Positions 26,178 to 36,758 of a stretch of DNA of 46,964 bases are shown here, in pieces. The first letter of the stretch is position 1; the number at the start of each line of letters is the position of its first letter. A program made the position numbers and the translations under genes. A model generated the notes under the pieces. The model was not told where the DNA came from. It saw only the letters and a program-made list of their open reading frames with translations, and ran no database searches. Source of the DNA: a virus (lineage: Duplodnaviria; Caudoviricetes); IMG/VR virus record IMGVR_UViG_3300005758_001464, positions 1-46,964 of that record. One strand, 5' to 3'.

Positions 26178-27278
26178 TTATATAGCGGGCAAGGCATCTA
26201 ACTCTAATTCATCACTCATTACTCCTATAACGTAATTTGTGCTTTCATTTTCTTGTAATGCCGTTTGTTTTTTATTAATATTGACATGTTTATTGAACCA
26301 TGGTATAGGACTACTTTTAGGATGATTCTCAAGATATTTAATACCTATATCTTTCAACCTATTAAAAGCTGTATAGTCAACAAAGTCCTTTAGAATATCT
26401 GCATTTAGACCAATAACGACACCCTTACTGAATAGATAATCAGCCCAATCTTTTTCCTCTTTGATGACTTCCATATACATGTTATATACTTCTTTTTCGC
26501 AATTTATCTTTGCTTTAGCAAATCTAGAATCATCTTTTACTACTTGATTAATTAAATAAGCGGTCCATTCGGCGTGCAGTAATTCATCTTGTAGAATTAA
26601 ACTTATAATATTACCATTACCTATGAATATTTTATTTTCTACCATAGCTAAACTAGTAGCAAAGCTTACCATAAATCTTAATGCTTCTAATGCGTAACTT
26701 GCATTTAACGCTAACCAAATTGCCTTTATATGATCTTCTTCTGATACTGTTCTGCCTGTTTCTTTAACGCAATTTAGCTGATGAAGATTTTCATAGTATC
26801 TTCCTATGTTTGCCGCCATATCTACAATTTCTTTTGTATCGTGAATTTTATTAAATTCATCTTTGGGCACACCGTAAATATTACGAATAATATGACTATA
26901 TGATTTACTGTGAATATTTGTTTCGAAAAAACTCCAATTGTTTACTAACGCTTCAAGTTCAGGTATACTAATGACCGGAGCAAATACTTGTGCGGGTGCG
27001 CGACCTTGAATGCTGTCTAATGCAGTTTGTCGAAGTAAATTACTTGTAAAAATGTGCTTTACTGCCTCACTTGCTTCTTTGTGATCAATTTTATCTTTGG
27101 TCAGGCTAATTTCTTCCGGTACCCAAAAGAAACCCCTAGCAGTTTCTTCGTATTTCTGAACCTTAGGATATTTTACTTCTTCAAATCTTTGAACCGTAAC
27201 CGGGCCTTCGGGATCCAAAAACATAGTTCGTTGTAAATAATTAGTTTTCTTTGATATATTATATTGTTCTTTACTCAT
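26178..27278 (-). CDS. nrdB: Class Ia ribonucleotide reductase beta subunit
   Basis: FFWVPEE, TALDSIQGR, ETNIHSKSY (radical Tyr), EALRF, DELLH, ALQENE..NY. Confidence 0.97.
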   Translation of the reverse strand: MSKEQYNISKKTNYLQRTMFLDPEGPVTVQRFEEVKYPKVQKYEETARGFFWVPEEISLTKDKIDHKEASEAVKHIFTSNLLRQTALDSIQGRAPAQVFAPVISIPELEALVNNWSFFETNIHSKSYSHIIRNIYGVPKDEFNKIHDTKEIVDMAANIGRYYENLHQLNCVKETGRTVSEEDHIKAIWLALNASYALEALRFMVSFATSLAMVENKIFIGNGNIISLILQDELLHAEWTAYLINQVVKDDSRFAKAKINCEKEVYNMYMEVIKEEKDWADYLFSKGVVIGLNADILKDFVDYTAFNRLKDIGIKYLENHPKSSPIPWFNKHVNINKKQTALQENESTNYVIGVMSDELELDALPAI

Positions 27279-27924
27279 TGTCTTTTCTTTCCTCATACAT
27301 TACCGTGTTGGTATCACCTAAAAACCATTTAGGATTAGTTTCAACTACATATTTTTTAGTGCATACATTAAAATCCGGAAACTTTAATTCTTTGGGATTA
27401 CTGGCCGCATCTAAAAACAAACATCTATTGTTTGGCTGAGCCGCATACTGTCCATTTTCTAATTCAATAAAATTGAAACTTTTATGATCTTCTGGCCATT
27501 CCGCATAACTTGTGTCAATTATGCTAAAATCAGGGGCTGAATGATCTACCGTAAACAAATAGTTCCCTTGATAAAACTTTTTATCTTTTGCATAAAATTT
27601 ACAAGATAAATTTCTTAAAAAAGCTTTTTGTATCACAGTAAAATCATAACTAAAACAATCCCAAATTTGCAAAGTATCTAGTGAAAGAAACTGTTTAGGA
27701 TCTAAATTTTCTTTTCGTGAGACATATGCGTGTAGCGGTAGCTTATCGTATAACGCACCATAATTAGGCAAATACGATTCTATTCTAAACGCCTGACCTC
27801 TTATACTTTTAATCGACACCCAAATACAAGGTTCATATTCGCCGAAGCCTTTTTTAAAATCATACAAAAACTCTTTACGAATAAAACAATGTATGGGCGG
27901 TATACTAGAAACTAAATGCGCCAT
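27271..27924 (-). CDS. Hypothetical protein between nrdA and nrdB
   Basis: TAATG coupling to nrdA; GALYDKLP, LQIWDCF, YLFTVD, AAQPNNR. Confidence 0.7.
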   Translation of the reverse strand: MAHLVSSIPPIHCFIRKEFLYDFKKGFGEYEPCIWVSIKSIRGQAFRIESYLPNYGALYDKLPLHAYVSRKENLDPKQFLSLDTLQIWDCFSYDFTVIQKAFLRNLSCKFYAKDKKFYQGNYLFTVDHSAPDFSIIDTSYAEWPEDHKSFNFIELENGQYAAQPNNRCLFLDAASNPKELKFPDFNVCTKKYVVETNPKWFLGDTNTVMYEERKDNE

Positions 27925-30257
27925 TATAACACACAACTTTCGCAATATTCTTCGGCATCATTATCCTTTGGCGGTTGAAAATATACTACATTATTCTGAT
28001 CTTCAGCTAATCCAGCTTTAGCCCCTACTTTATTAATTAAGCTATAATAAATCGTCTTGATTCCCCACTTATATGCTAGCATTAAATTTTTAGCAATTAG
28101 AGTGCCGGGGACCTTACCGTTGAAATATGCAGGATTGTAAAATGTATTTGTGCTGATACTCTGATCAATATATGCTGCTAACACCGCAGAAGTTTTTAAG
28201 TAGTCTATGCAATCTTTTTGCTCCCACATTAGTTGATATCTATTTTTAAGTCGTTTGTATTCAGGGACAACTTGCACAAAACTACCTGCCTTACTTTCTT
28301 TGACACTAATTAATTCCATAGGCATTTCAATGCCATTAGTAGAATTTAATACTACACTAGAACTTTCAACAGGAGCTATTGCCATTAAAGTAGCATTTCT
28401 TATTCCATGTTTCAAAAGTTTGGCGCGTAGGCCTTCCCAATCTAGATTGGTACTAGGAGTAAAATCAGCCAATTCATTGACACCCTCGCTTCTGCGCTCC
28501 CATGGAAAAATTCCTCTTCCGTAGAAAGTTTGCTGACTTAGTTTGCAGGATCCTCTTTCTTGTGCCAATTCTACACTCATTTCGGTCAAATAAAACGCCT
28601 GATGCTCTACCCAACGCTTTACTTCAGCTAAACTATCGGTTTGACCATATTTAAAACTACGCTTTGCATGCCAATATGCTAAGTTAGTTATGCCGACACC
28701 CAATGGTTCAAAGTCTTCATTAGCTAATTTACTTTGAATGCTCAAAAAATCCTGATAACTTAACAAATTACTCAGTGATCTAACTAGAATTCTACAAGCC
28801 TTTCTCATTTCCTGCGGAGTTTTAAACGCTCCCCAATTAATAGATCCAAGAGTACATAATGCAATCCTTCCTGATGGATCTTCGATTCTTTGAAATGGTT
28901 TAGTTGGTAGTAAAATTTCTTGGCATAGATTGCTTTGATAGATCGGATCCAGCTTTGTATCAAATGGTCCCTGATTAATTACGTTATCAATAAATACCAA
29001 ATAAATACGACCCGTATCAGTTCTTTCTTTTAGGATCCCGTTTTTTATAATTTCGGCGGCGGGTAAAATTTTTTTCTTTACAGATTTTTTACCCTCATAC
29101 ATTTTGTAAAGTCTCTCGAATTCTTCTGTATCTCTGTAGTATGCCTCGTATAGGTCCGGAACTTCGTGTGGATCAAATAAAGTAATGTTTTCATTATTTT
29201 TAAATCTATTCCAAAACATTCTATTGATCACAACACTGTAATCCATTTGCCGTACCCGAGTTTCTTCTGTTCCCTGATTATTTTTTAAAACAATTAAATC
29301 TTCAAACTGGTAATGCCAAATAGGAAATGTAACTGTGCAGCTTGCATTTCTTACCCCGCCCTGTGAACAGGAACGCAAATCACCAAACCATTTTTTAAGA
29401 AACGGAATCATACCAGTGTGCTTGATTTCTCCATTACGAATGGGCGCGCCCACTGGGCGAATACGACCTATTTCTAATCCTATGCCGGCGCGTTTGCTAG
29501 CATATTTTGCCATCATTTCACCTGCAGCAAAAATTGAATCAAGAGTATCATCGCTACTAATAAGAACGCAACTGCTGAACTGCTTTGTAGTTGTGCCAAG
29601 ACCTGCCAAGACAGGTGTTGCCAGCGTAAAATGACCATCGCTAGCACACTCATAATATTCTTTAACATACTTTAGGCGTTTCTCCTTAGGTTCATTGTGG
29701 AATGCAGTGGCGGCAGCTATTGCATACCTAACTTGCGGTGTTTCATAAATTTGACCAGTAGCACGGTTCTGCACCAAGTACTTTTCTGCTAATTGAGCGA
29801 TAGCCGCATAAGTGTAATTTTCGTCCTTGCTGTGGTCTATAAAAAGGTCTATGATATTCCATTCTTCTTTCGAATACCAATCTAATAGTTCTGAAGTATA
29901 CATTCCCAAATCGACATTTTTTTTGATTATGTCATATAAACTAGGAGGATCGTACTCACCGTATACCTCTTTACGTAGCATACTTACTTTTTGTCTGCCT
30001 GCTACATATTGATAATTCACATGATTGATATCAGGGTTTTCAGTTTCATCAATTAAATCAACCATAGCTTTTAACAAAAGCTCGTCTATAGTTTTAGTAT
30101 GAATTCCGTCATGCAGTTGAATCTGCGCTTTTATTTCGATCATGCTAGGGCTTACATTTTCTATTCCTCGGCAGCCGTACTGCACTTGTCTTTGTATTTT
30201 GCTTATATCCAAAGGAACAGATTCCCCATTTCGTTTTATTACTGATATGTTATTCAT
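27924..30257 (-). CDS. nrdA: Class Ia ribonucleotide reductase alpha subunit with ATP cone
   Basis: VIKRNG cone, SSCVL, SNLCQEI, ALCTL, TIYY, C-terminal CESC. Confidence 0.98.
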   Translation of the reverse strand: MNNISVIKRNGESVPLDISKIQRQVQYGCRGIENVSPSMIEIKAQIQLHDGIHTKTIDELLLKAMVDLIDETENPDINHVNYQYVAGRQKVSMLRKEVYGEYDPPSLYDIIKKNVDLGMYTSELLDWYSKEEWNIIDLFIDHSKDENYTYAAIAQLAEKYLVQNRATGQIYETPQVRYAIAAATAFHNEPKEKRLKYVKEYYECASDGHFTLATPVLAGLGTTTKQFSSCVLISSDDTLDSIFAAGEMMAKYASKRAGIGLEIGRIRPVGAPIRNGEIKHTGMIPFLKKWFGDLRSCSQGGVRNASCTVTFPIWHYQFEDLIVLKNNQGTEETRVRQMDYSVVINRMFWNRFKNNENITLFDPHEVPDLYEAYYRDTEEFERLYKMYEGKKSVKKKILPAAEIIKNGILKERTDTGRIYLVFIDNVINQGPFDTKLDPIYQSNLCQEILLPTKPFQRIEDPSGRIALCTLGSINWGAFKTPQEMRKACRILVRSLSNLLSYQDFLSIQSKLANEDFEPLGVGITNLAYWHAKRSFKYGQTDSLAEVKRWVEHQAFYLTEMSVELAQERGSCKLSQQTFYGRGIFPWERRSEGVNELADFTPSTNLDWEGLRAKLLKHGIRNATLMAIAPVESSSVVLNSTNGIEMPMELISVKESKAGSFVQVVPEYKRLKNRYQLMWEQKDCIDYLKTSAVLAAYIDQSISTNTFYNPAYFNGKVPGTLIAKNLMLAYKWGIKTIYYSLINKVGAKAGLAEDQNNVVYFQPPKDNDAEEYCESCVL

Positions 30258-30267
30258 AATTCGCCTA

Positions 30268-30702
30268 TTATAGTTTTTGTAAGAGATGTTGTATATTTAT
30301 GGTTCGTTTTACACTAAAGTCACGTAGACAGTTATTTACTATTGTATCAGGCCAGTAATTAAGTATATATTTTGCGTTGTCTACTAGGACTAATATAACA
30401 TCATTTCCTAAATTATCTGATGCTTCTACGACTTCAATATCCGAAGTTCCTGTCATGTACAAAGTATAACACATTCCCAAGGCTCTTGCAACCTCGCAAT
30501 ATGTATTTTCTGCCAAAAGTTCCCATGGGCTAGGCCAGTTTTCCGTATCTAAAATGTGTAAATGTCTGTTTATCAGTGGTGCTTTTTGCCACCAGTTATC
30601 TATTTTAATACATTTTTCTAATATGGGCAGTTCTCTGACTGACTGCTTCAAATCGTACCAACTTTGCAATCGGGTTTCATAATCAATTTGAAATATATTC
30701 AT
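30268..30702 (-). CDS. Hypothetical protein
   Basis: 144 aa in operon; WPSPWEL...YC. Confidence 0.65.
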   Translation of the reverse strand: MNIFQIDYETRLQSWYDLKQSVRELPILEKCIKIDNWWQKAPLINRHLHILDTENWPSPWELLAENTYCEVARALGMCYTLYMTGTSDIEVVEASDNLGNDVILVLVDNAKYILNYWPDTIVNNCLRDFSVKRTINIQHLLQKL

Positions 30703-31061
30703 GTTTTTTGGCTGTCTCCTGGACTAACTCTATAATTGTCTTCTACACTATCCGGAGTACTTACTTCAACTATAGTACCCTCTTCAATGCATTCTAGTTG
30801 ATGCGGCATACAGGGCGGGTTATGCCAAACTGCCCCTTCATTCAATTCTTGCTCTCTTGATTCCGCAGTATCTGTATTAATCCAACGAACAACAAACTTT
30901 CCAGACTGTACGTACCAAGTTTCCTCTTTTTCTCTATGAAAGTGCATACTAAATCGCGCACCAGTTTTAAAGTGCATCATCTTTCCACAATACTTGTCGT
31001 TGGTTGCCCATATTAATTCATGTCCCCAACCTTTCTCTACATAGCCTTTTAGTCTTGTCAT
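30699..31061 (-). CDS. Cupin (sugar isomerase-like)
   Basis: KGWGHE, SMHFH..KEETW, PHQL, EVST. Confidence 0.85.
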   Translation of the reverse strand: MTRLKGYVEKGWGHELIWATNDKYCGKMMHFKTGARFSMHFHREKEETWYVQSGKFVVRWINTDTAESREQELNEGAVWHNPPCMPHQLECIEEGTIVEVSTPDSVEDNYRVSPGDSQKT

Positions 31062-31804
31062 TCAATTTCCATTAGAGAAGGGCTATAAACACCTACGTGC
31101 TGTATAGTTATACTAGCTGCTTTTATTGCAAAATTTATCGAATCTAACATATTTTTAGTTTCGCAATATTTATATGATAGTGCAGCTAAGAAAGTATCCC
31201 CGGCACCGCAAACATCAAATGCTTCTACTTTAGGCAGTGTTATCAATTCGTTCTTATACCTAACTCCTTTGTCCCCTAAAGTTACAATTAATTCAGTGGG
31301 TAGTGTTTTAGCAGATTCGTACTCTAATTCGTTAATTTTAACAATGCAACCGTCGAATCTAGCTAAATCAGTTTTTTTTGTGTCTACAAATATAGGACCT
31401 AAATAAATTTTTCTTAAATTTTCTACTAACTCATATGACACTGATCCCTTATTATAGTCACTTATAACAATAGCATCATATCCTTCTCCTAAATAATCTA
31501 TAATTATAGGCCTAGATTGTGAATCCTGATCAACACGTAGCAAATGCTGGTTAGACTTGCTGTCAATTATTCTAGTTTTAATTGAAGTTTTTAAGCCGTG
31601 CATGAAATCAACGTCACATCCCAATTTCTCTAAATTATCCTTAACATTTGCTGCCATACCCGGTTTGGTGACTGTATGAGTGTAATTTATTATAGGTACC
31701 GGTGCTTCTGGACTTATTCTAGATACTAAACCATATTGATAATTATCAATGCCGTTATCACCTATTAGTAATATCTTGAATTTTTTTTGTTGTACTGTAT
31801 CCAT
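31058..31804 (-). CDS. Heptose-7-phosphate kinase (RfaE domain I / HldA-like, PfkB family)
   Basis: [31 protein letters not shown]. Confidence 0.9.
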   Translation of the reverse strand: MDTVQQKKFKILLIGDNGIDNYQYGLVSRISPEAPVPIINYTHTVTKPGMAANVKDNLEKLGCDVDFMHGLKTSIKTRIIDSKSNQHLLRVDQDSQSRPIIIDYLGEGYDAIVISDYNKGSVSYELVENLRKIYLGPIFVDTKKTDLARFDGCIVKINELEYESAKTLPTELIVTLGDKGVRYKNELITLPKVEAFDVCGAGDTFLAALSYKYCETKNMLDSINFAIKAASITIQHVGVYSPSLMEIE

Positions 31805-32150
31805 TTACTATGTCAAAAAATACCAATTCTTTGCAAACTTCTTTGCCCAATATTTCTTTATTCTTATAGTCAGAACCCTTAACCATAATATCATGTTGAC
31901 CTACTAAATTAATTAAATCTTCGTCTGTATCAAATAGATAAACCTTATCCACTGCTTTAAGATTTATTAACATAAGGGCTCTTTCTTCTTGTGAATTTAT
32001 TGGTCTATCACTTCCTTTGAGTTTTTTCACACGAGAATCGCTATCGATTGCTACACTAAGTTCATCACCTAAACTTTTAGCAAAATTCAAAAGTTCTAGA
32101 TGCCCTCGATGTAATATGTCGAACGTGCCATTTACAAATATTCTTTTCAT
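31758..32150 (-). CDS. Heptose-1-phosphate adenylyltransferase (RfaE domain II / HldC-like)
   Basis: [33 protein letters not shown]. Confidence 0.9.
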   Translation of the reverse strand: MKRIFVNGTFDILHRGHLELLNFAKSLGDELSVAIDSDSRVKKLKGSDRPINSQEERALMLINLKAVDKVYLFDTDEDLINLVGQHDIMVKGSDYKNKEILGKEVCKELVFFDIVNGYSTTKKIQDITNR

Positions 32151-33538
32151 ATAAATTTAAAGTTGGGATTAGAAAATAAATGTGAAGGTTCTTTTTCTTT
32201 GTATAGGATAGCCACCACTTCACCATTGATTTTGTTTGTTGCCGCATTTATATTTAAACTATACAATAATTCGTTCATAGATTTCAATGTAAAGCCAGTC
32301 TTATGTGCCATTGGCTCGCCGTATTTCTCTACTAATACTCTAGAACTATATAATATATCGATAGGACAAATAGGACCCACACTACTATCGTAAACCGGCG
32401 TGAATAGGTCATTTTCTATCATATGCGCAATAGATCCAATATCAGGAACACGTATTATTCCATAACCGTCCTTTTTAAGTATTCTAATCATATTGTTAAA
32501 CATCTCAGGAAGTTGGTGAAAATACACATGCTCTACTACATGACACGCCCAAAAGGCATCTACGCTATCGTTTGGTATATTTTTTAACGAAACAATATCA
32601 TCTATAATATCAGGTTCTGCATTTTTTACATCTACTTTTATTTCTTTCCATCCTGTAAATAAAGGAGTTTGTCTATGCACAGAGGTCGAGCCAGCGCCTA
32701 AATTTAAAACTATTTTTTCATTGGTAGAAAATAAATGATTGTAGTTACTATCAGGTGATTCCGCAAATTGATCCCATAATTCTTTCCAATCTATGTAAGG
32801 ATCCTTTTCTGTATCAGCTTGCGCATGTAATGCGATACTAGGAATAGGTGTAAACAATAAGCAATTTCTTTCCCTGAATAGCCTATTAATAGTTTCGTCT
32901 TCCATTACATTATCGATTGCATGTCTGCCCATCGCATCAAACAAATCAAAGTTTTTTACCAATGTTTGATAATCTACCATAAAACAACTAGCAGTTCCGA
33001 ACGCAGTTTTCCAATGGCGTTTGATGCCCAAATGTACTGTTACCATAGGCTGTCTATCGGGAGGTATGCCATATCGATATGGATCGTCAAATGGATATAT
33101 ACACACTGGCATGCGAGTTTTTTCTGTAAATCTAAAATATGCATCTACCATTTCATAAATGCATGATTCAAAATAGAGATAATCATCCTGCGCAAAATAT
33201 ACTAAATCTTTACCGTAATTTTTGCCGTACTCGTAGCAAGCTAAGATACTTGGCATCACACCATAGGTATCTAAATGAATTAAATTATAAGAAAACTTAC
33301 ATTCTTTTAATACAGTATCCAGTCTGTTAAGAAATTTACTATCGCTGTGATCATCTAATATTTGAAGTCTAATATTTACTTCCGAAGATTTTAAATCATA
33401 TAGATGATTCATCGATCTGACTAATGATTTTATACATCTATAAGAAATTTCAGCCTTATCCTGACACATGTATCTAGTAATCTGTTTTTGATTATTAGAT
33501 AAGCTATGACTTTGTAAAACCACTAATAAATCTATCAC
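32147..33538 (-). CDS. Glycosyltransferase (GT-A) fused to a class I methyltransferase domain
   Basis: LDDHS, YFAQDDY; C-terminal VLNLGAG...HVVEH...LKKDG..IRVPD; GTG start assumed. Confidence 0.8.
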   Translation of the reverse strand: MIDLLVVLQSHSLSNNQKQITRYMCQDKAEISYRCIKSLVRSMNHLYDLKSSEVNIRLQILDDHSDSKFLNRLDTVLKECKFSYNLIHLDTYGVMPSILACYEYGKNYGKDLVYFAQDDYLYFESCIYEMVDAYFRFTEKTRMPVCIYPFDDPYRYGIPPDRQPMVTVHLGIKRHWKTAFGTASCFMVDYQTLVKNFDLFDAMGRHAIDNVMEDETINRLFRERNCLLFTPIPSIALHAQADTEKDPYIDWKELWDQFAESPDSNYNHLFSTNEKIVLNLGAGSTSVHRQTPLFTGWKEIKVDVKNAEPDIIDDIVSLKNIPNDSVDAFWACHVVEHVYFHQLPEMFNNMIRILKKDGYGIIRVPDIGSIAHMIENDLFTPVYDSSVGPICPIDILYSSRVLVEKYGEPMAHKTGFTLKSMNELLYSLNINAATNKINGEVVAILYKEKEPSHLFSNPNFKFI

Positions 33539-33539
33539 G

Positions 33540-34226
33540 TTATCCCCATTTAAAGTTGGGATCCCAACCCTCTTCATTATGTGCCGGTTTTGCCGGATGT
33601 TCTACGTGTTCTTTACGTAAGACCACTATGCTATTGTAAAATTCTACTGATTTTAGGTCTTTGAAAATTTTTGCTAGTTCAGGAGGTGGTGTCTCGTTTA
33701 TATGCGGAGCATGTATTAAATCAATTAATTGCTTACAAAATTCTATGCAGGTTCCCTGCTTATGTAAGCCACCCTCATAACCTTTCCAGTAACTGGTGTG
33801 AGTATCTTCTATTAGATACATTCCGCCCTCATTTAATTTTGGAAATAAGTTAATTAAGGTAACTATCTGATCGTTCATTACGTGACTACCGTCATCAATT
33901 ATAATATCAAATGTTTTGCCATCACTTAAGTATGCGTCCCAGTGTTCTTTACTACCTTGATCTACGCAGCTATATTTTACTTCAACACCATCAAACTTAT
34001 ATCCTAAAAAATCTTTGTTAATATCTACAGCATATAAGTCTAATTTTCCATCAAAATAATTTATCCACATTTCTAGCCCGCCGCCGTGGGCGCAACCTAC
34101 TTCTAGAAACTTAGGATTTTTATCTATGTACGGAAGCATTAATTTATCATATATGTCAAAATAGTTGTCCCATTTGTGGCATTGAAGTTTTAGGTTTTTC
34201 CAAAAAATATCTTTTGTTTTTTTCAT
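33540..34226 (-). CDS. Class I SAM methyltransferase (sugar O-methyltransferase-like)
   Basis: LEVGCAHGG, VDIN, DIIIDDGSH, GGMYLIED. Confidence 0.88.
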   Translation of the reverse strand: MKKTKDIFWKNLKLQCHKWDNYFDIYDKLMLPYIDKNPKFLEVGCAHGGGLEMWINYFDGKLDLYAVDINKDFLGYKFDGVEVKYSCVDQGSKEHWDAYLSDGKTFDIIIDDGSHVMNDQIVTLINLFPKLNEGGMYLIEDTHTSYWKGYEGGLHKQGTCIEFCKQLIDLIHAPHINETPPPELAKIFKDLKSVEFYNSIVVLRKEHVEHPAKPAHNEEGWDPNFKWG

Positions 34227-35521
34227 AGCATAATACTCGCGCATTTTAGAAAGAACAAATGATTGAATACATTTAATCTACTCTGAAACAAGTGATAAAA
34301 CATTTCTCTACCATTACTGTCTACGAAGGTTGTTCCTATACCAAATTCAGGCTGTCCGTCTTTTAAAGGCCAAGGCTTACGTTCAGTGCTTGTAAAATAC
34401 GGAATCTCCTCATATTTACCCGGCATAAACATTTCTATCTCTATTCCTTTTTCTTCAGCGATGTAACAGAGTTCTTCACCTATGTCGCCCCTACTGGTTG
34501 GTTGCCAACTTGGCTTACCTAACTTTTCATACATATCTCTAGTCAAACAAATACAGCTAGGCGCCGGATAGATATGTTTATTGTTTTCGATGTGATTACT
34601 GCGTTGTGCATTACCTATTAATACACCTTGCTCGGCGCGATCAAATGTATACTCTAATGCGGCTGTGCTTAGGGGTATGCAATCAATATCTAACATCAGA
34701 ATTGTATGATAGTTATCTTGATAAAATAATTTTTCTAATCCATACTCTATAACCTGATCAGGAGTCATTTCTCCGTCTGGCTTTTTGTAATGCAAATACT
34801 CGTATTTGCAAAGTTTATTTGTGTTAAACTTATTGATTATCTGTTTTTGAAGATATGGTATCTTGTCTTCAATTTGATGATTGCTATATGTAAATATTGC
34901 GCGTTTTTTCATAATTTTTTCGTTGTAATATTTTTGGGTACCCTTCCTACTAAAATGATACACAAAACTGTTAAGTAATGCAACCTTATACCCTAAATTA
35001 GGTAAAACTGAATGAAATAGTGTCACATCATTGGCATAAAGAGGGAATTTGTCAATATTTGGATATGACACAAAACTTTTACGATTTACTACAAATGGCA
35101 TGTACCAACCAATAGTATTGAATTGAATAAGAGGGGTATTTTGTTTTTGGTTTTTTGCAAAATTTTCAAATTTTTGATAGTCAAACGTATGTAGATTGTC
35201 CCCGCAATCATATTTTATACATTCGGGACCATTCATCTTTCCCGGGTTAGATTCTACCACATGTAGTGTTAAAAAGGTATCTTCGGCTAAAAATAACGGA
35301 ATAAATTCATCCCAATGTTCACTTACAACCATATCGTCGTTCATTAATACAACGATATCGTTTTTAGCCTGGTATACTCCTTTGTTAAAGGCATAATACA
35401 CATCCGTCTCATCAATTATTTGTATAATTTCAGGATCGTACTTGCTATTCTTTTTTATATAGTGAATGCAGGTATCTATATATTCACTATTAGATAAATG
35501 AGGAATTACTATCGAATACAT
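34223..35521 (-). CDS. Two-domain glycosyltransferase (GT2-like + DxD domain)
   Basis: YSIVIP, LMNDD; second domain MLDIDCIP. Confidence 0.8.
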   Translation of the reverse strand: MYSIVIPHLSNSEYIDTCIHYIKKNSKYDPEIIQIIDETDVYYAFNKGVYQAKNDIVVLMNDDMVVSEHWDEFIPLFLAEDTFLTLHVVESNPGKMNGPECIKYDCGDNLHTFDYQKFENFAKNQKQNTPLIQFNTIGWYMPFVVNRKSFVSYPNIDKFPLYANDVTLFHSVLPNLGYKVALLNSFVYHFSRKGTQKYYNEKIMKKRAIFTYSNHQIEDKIPYLQKQIINKFNTNKLCKYEYLHYKKPDGEMTPDQVIEYGLEKLFYQDNYHTILMLDIDCIPLSTAALEYTFDRAEQGVLIGNAQRSNHIENNKHIYPAPSCICLTRDMYEKLGKPSWQPTSRGDIGEELCYIAEEKGIEIEMFMPGKYEEIPYFTSTERKPWPLKDGQPEFGIGTTFVDSNGREMFYHLFQSRLNVFNHLFFLKCASIML

Positions 35522-36078
35522 TAAAATAAGATGGCGCCTGTTCCAGTGTAGTGACCAAATTTAGTAAGATCATATTTTTCGTGCGTTACTGATTGCCAAA
35601 AATCTTTCATAGGTTGATTAAGATTTATATCATCCCAAATTGTAAGACCTTTGTAATTATTTTTTATTAGATATTCGTATATGGTTTTTTCTAAAAATCC
35701 ATCATGTGTCACATCAATAAAGATTAACGGGCTACTAAGTAATTGCTTGTCGTGGGTGAAATCACCCTGTCTAAATTCTACGTTAGGCTGTCTTTCTACT
35801 TCTACTAAATGTTTAATATCGTATGATATAACGTAGTTAGATTTATTGTATGCCAAACATAATGCGCTGCCGCCGGTCCAAGACCCCAACTCGTATATGT
35901 AAGTGTTATTGACCCAAGTACTTAACAAACACAATAATCTATAATGTTCTTGTCCCGGCATGCAATTGATATCATATCGCAAATTATTATTTTTAGATAT
36001 AAAATTTATTTTATTTAAATCTATGTCTATAAAATCATTTATAGACATGTTTATTATTTTTTGTTTTATATCTATCAT
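35521..36078 (-). CDS. Class I methyltransferase
   Basis: YELGSWTGGS, SYDI, IFIDVTHDG, WDDI. Confidence 0.8.
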   Translation of the reverse strand: MIDIKQKIINMSINDFIDIDLNKINFISKNNNLRYDINCMPGQEHYRLLCLLSTWVNNTYIYELGSWTGGSALCLAYNKSNYVISYDIKHLVEVERQPNVEFRQGDFTHDKQLLSSPLIFIDVTHDGFLEKTIYEYLIKNNYKGLTIWDDINLNQPMKDFWQSVTHEKYDLTKFGHYTGTGAILF

Positions 36079-36758
36079 CTTTCGCTACCATCTAATGATT
36101 TTTTACGACCAACAATTGTGGTGTTTGAGATATCACTTTCATCATACGCATATAAACCTAACTGAATGGTAGGTATTATATCACTTCGCAGCATAATATC
36201 TAATGATTCATTAATGCCGTATTTTATTACGTGTGCCATAGCATTTTTCGCTGACCAAGGATCTATACTATAAGCATGTGCTCTGCATATAAAATGATAG
36301 TTGTTGCCATTTGTGGCATGCGGAGGATTTACTAATACAGGCCAACCTTTTTTAGCTTGCTCATAACAACCTAAGTAGTGTATTACACCAGTAACTGGAT
36401 GATCTCGTAATTCTTGAATCATGATAGCATCATGCTCAAGAATAATTATAGGCCTATCTAGTTCTATGCAGCGCGCCCATAAACTAATATGACTTAGTGC
36501 TGCACTGACTTCTGTAATGCTTAAATCTTTGTCTACCCATTTAATCCAACTTACCCAACTTTTATCTTTTGCATGTTCCGGAACTACAATAGCTCCGGAA
36601 GTACCATCGAATGCATCCCACACTGTATAGGGCATTTTTAAAGCCATAAGACTCTGTTGACAGCGTAATGACATTCTTTCACTGATCGGATGATTCTTTA
36701 TCGTTATGATATATGCCGACTCAATTGATAAATTATAACTAAAGTCTAATTTTAACAT
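36075..36758 (-). CDS. GT25-like glycosyltransferase
   Basis: AYIITI, WDAFDG, LSHISLW, IILEHDA, AHAYSI. Confidence 0.8.
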   Translation of the reverse strand: MLKLDFSYNLSIESAYIITIKNHPISERMSLRCQQSLMALKMPYTVWDAFDGTSGAIVVPEHAKDKSWVSWIKWVDKDLSITEVSAALSHISLWARCIELDRPIIILEHDAIMIQELRDHPVTGVIHYLGCYEQAKKGWPVLVNPPHATNGNNYHFICRAHAYSIDPWSAKNAMAHVIKYGINESLDIMLRSDIIPTIQLGLYAYDESDISNTTIVGRKKSLDGSER

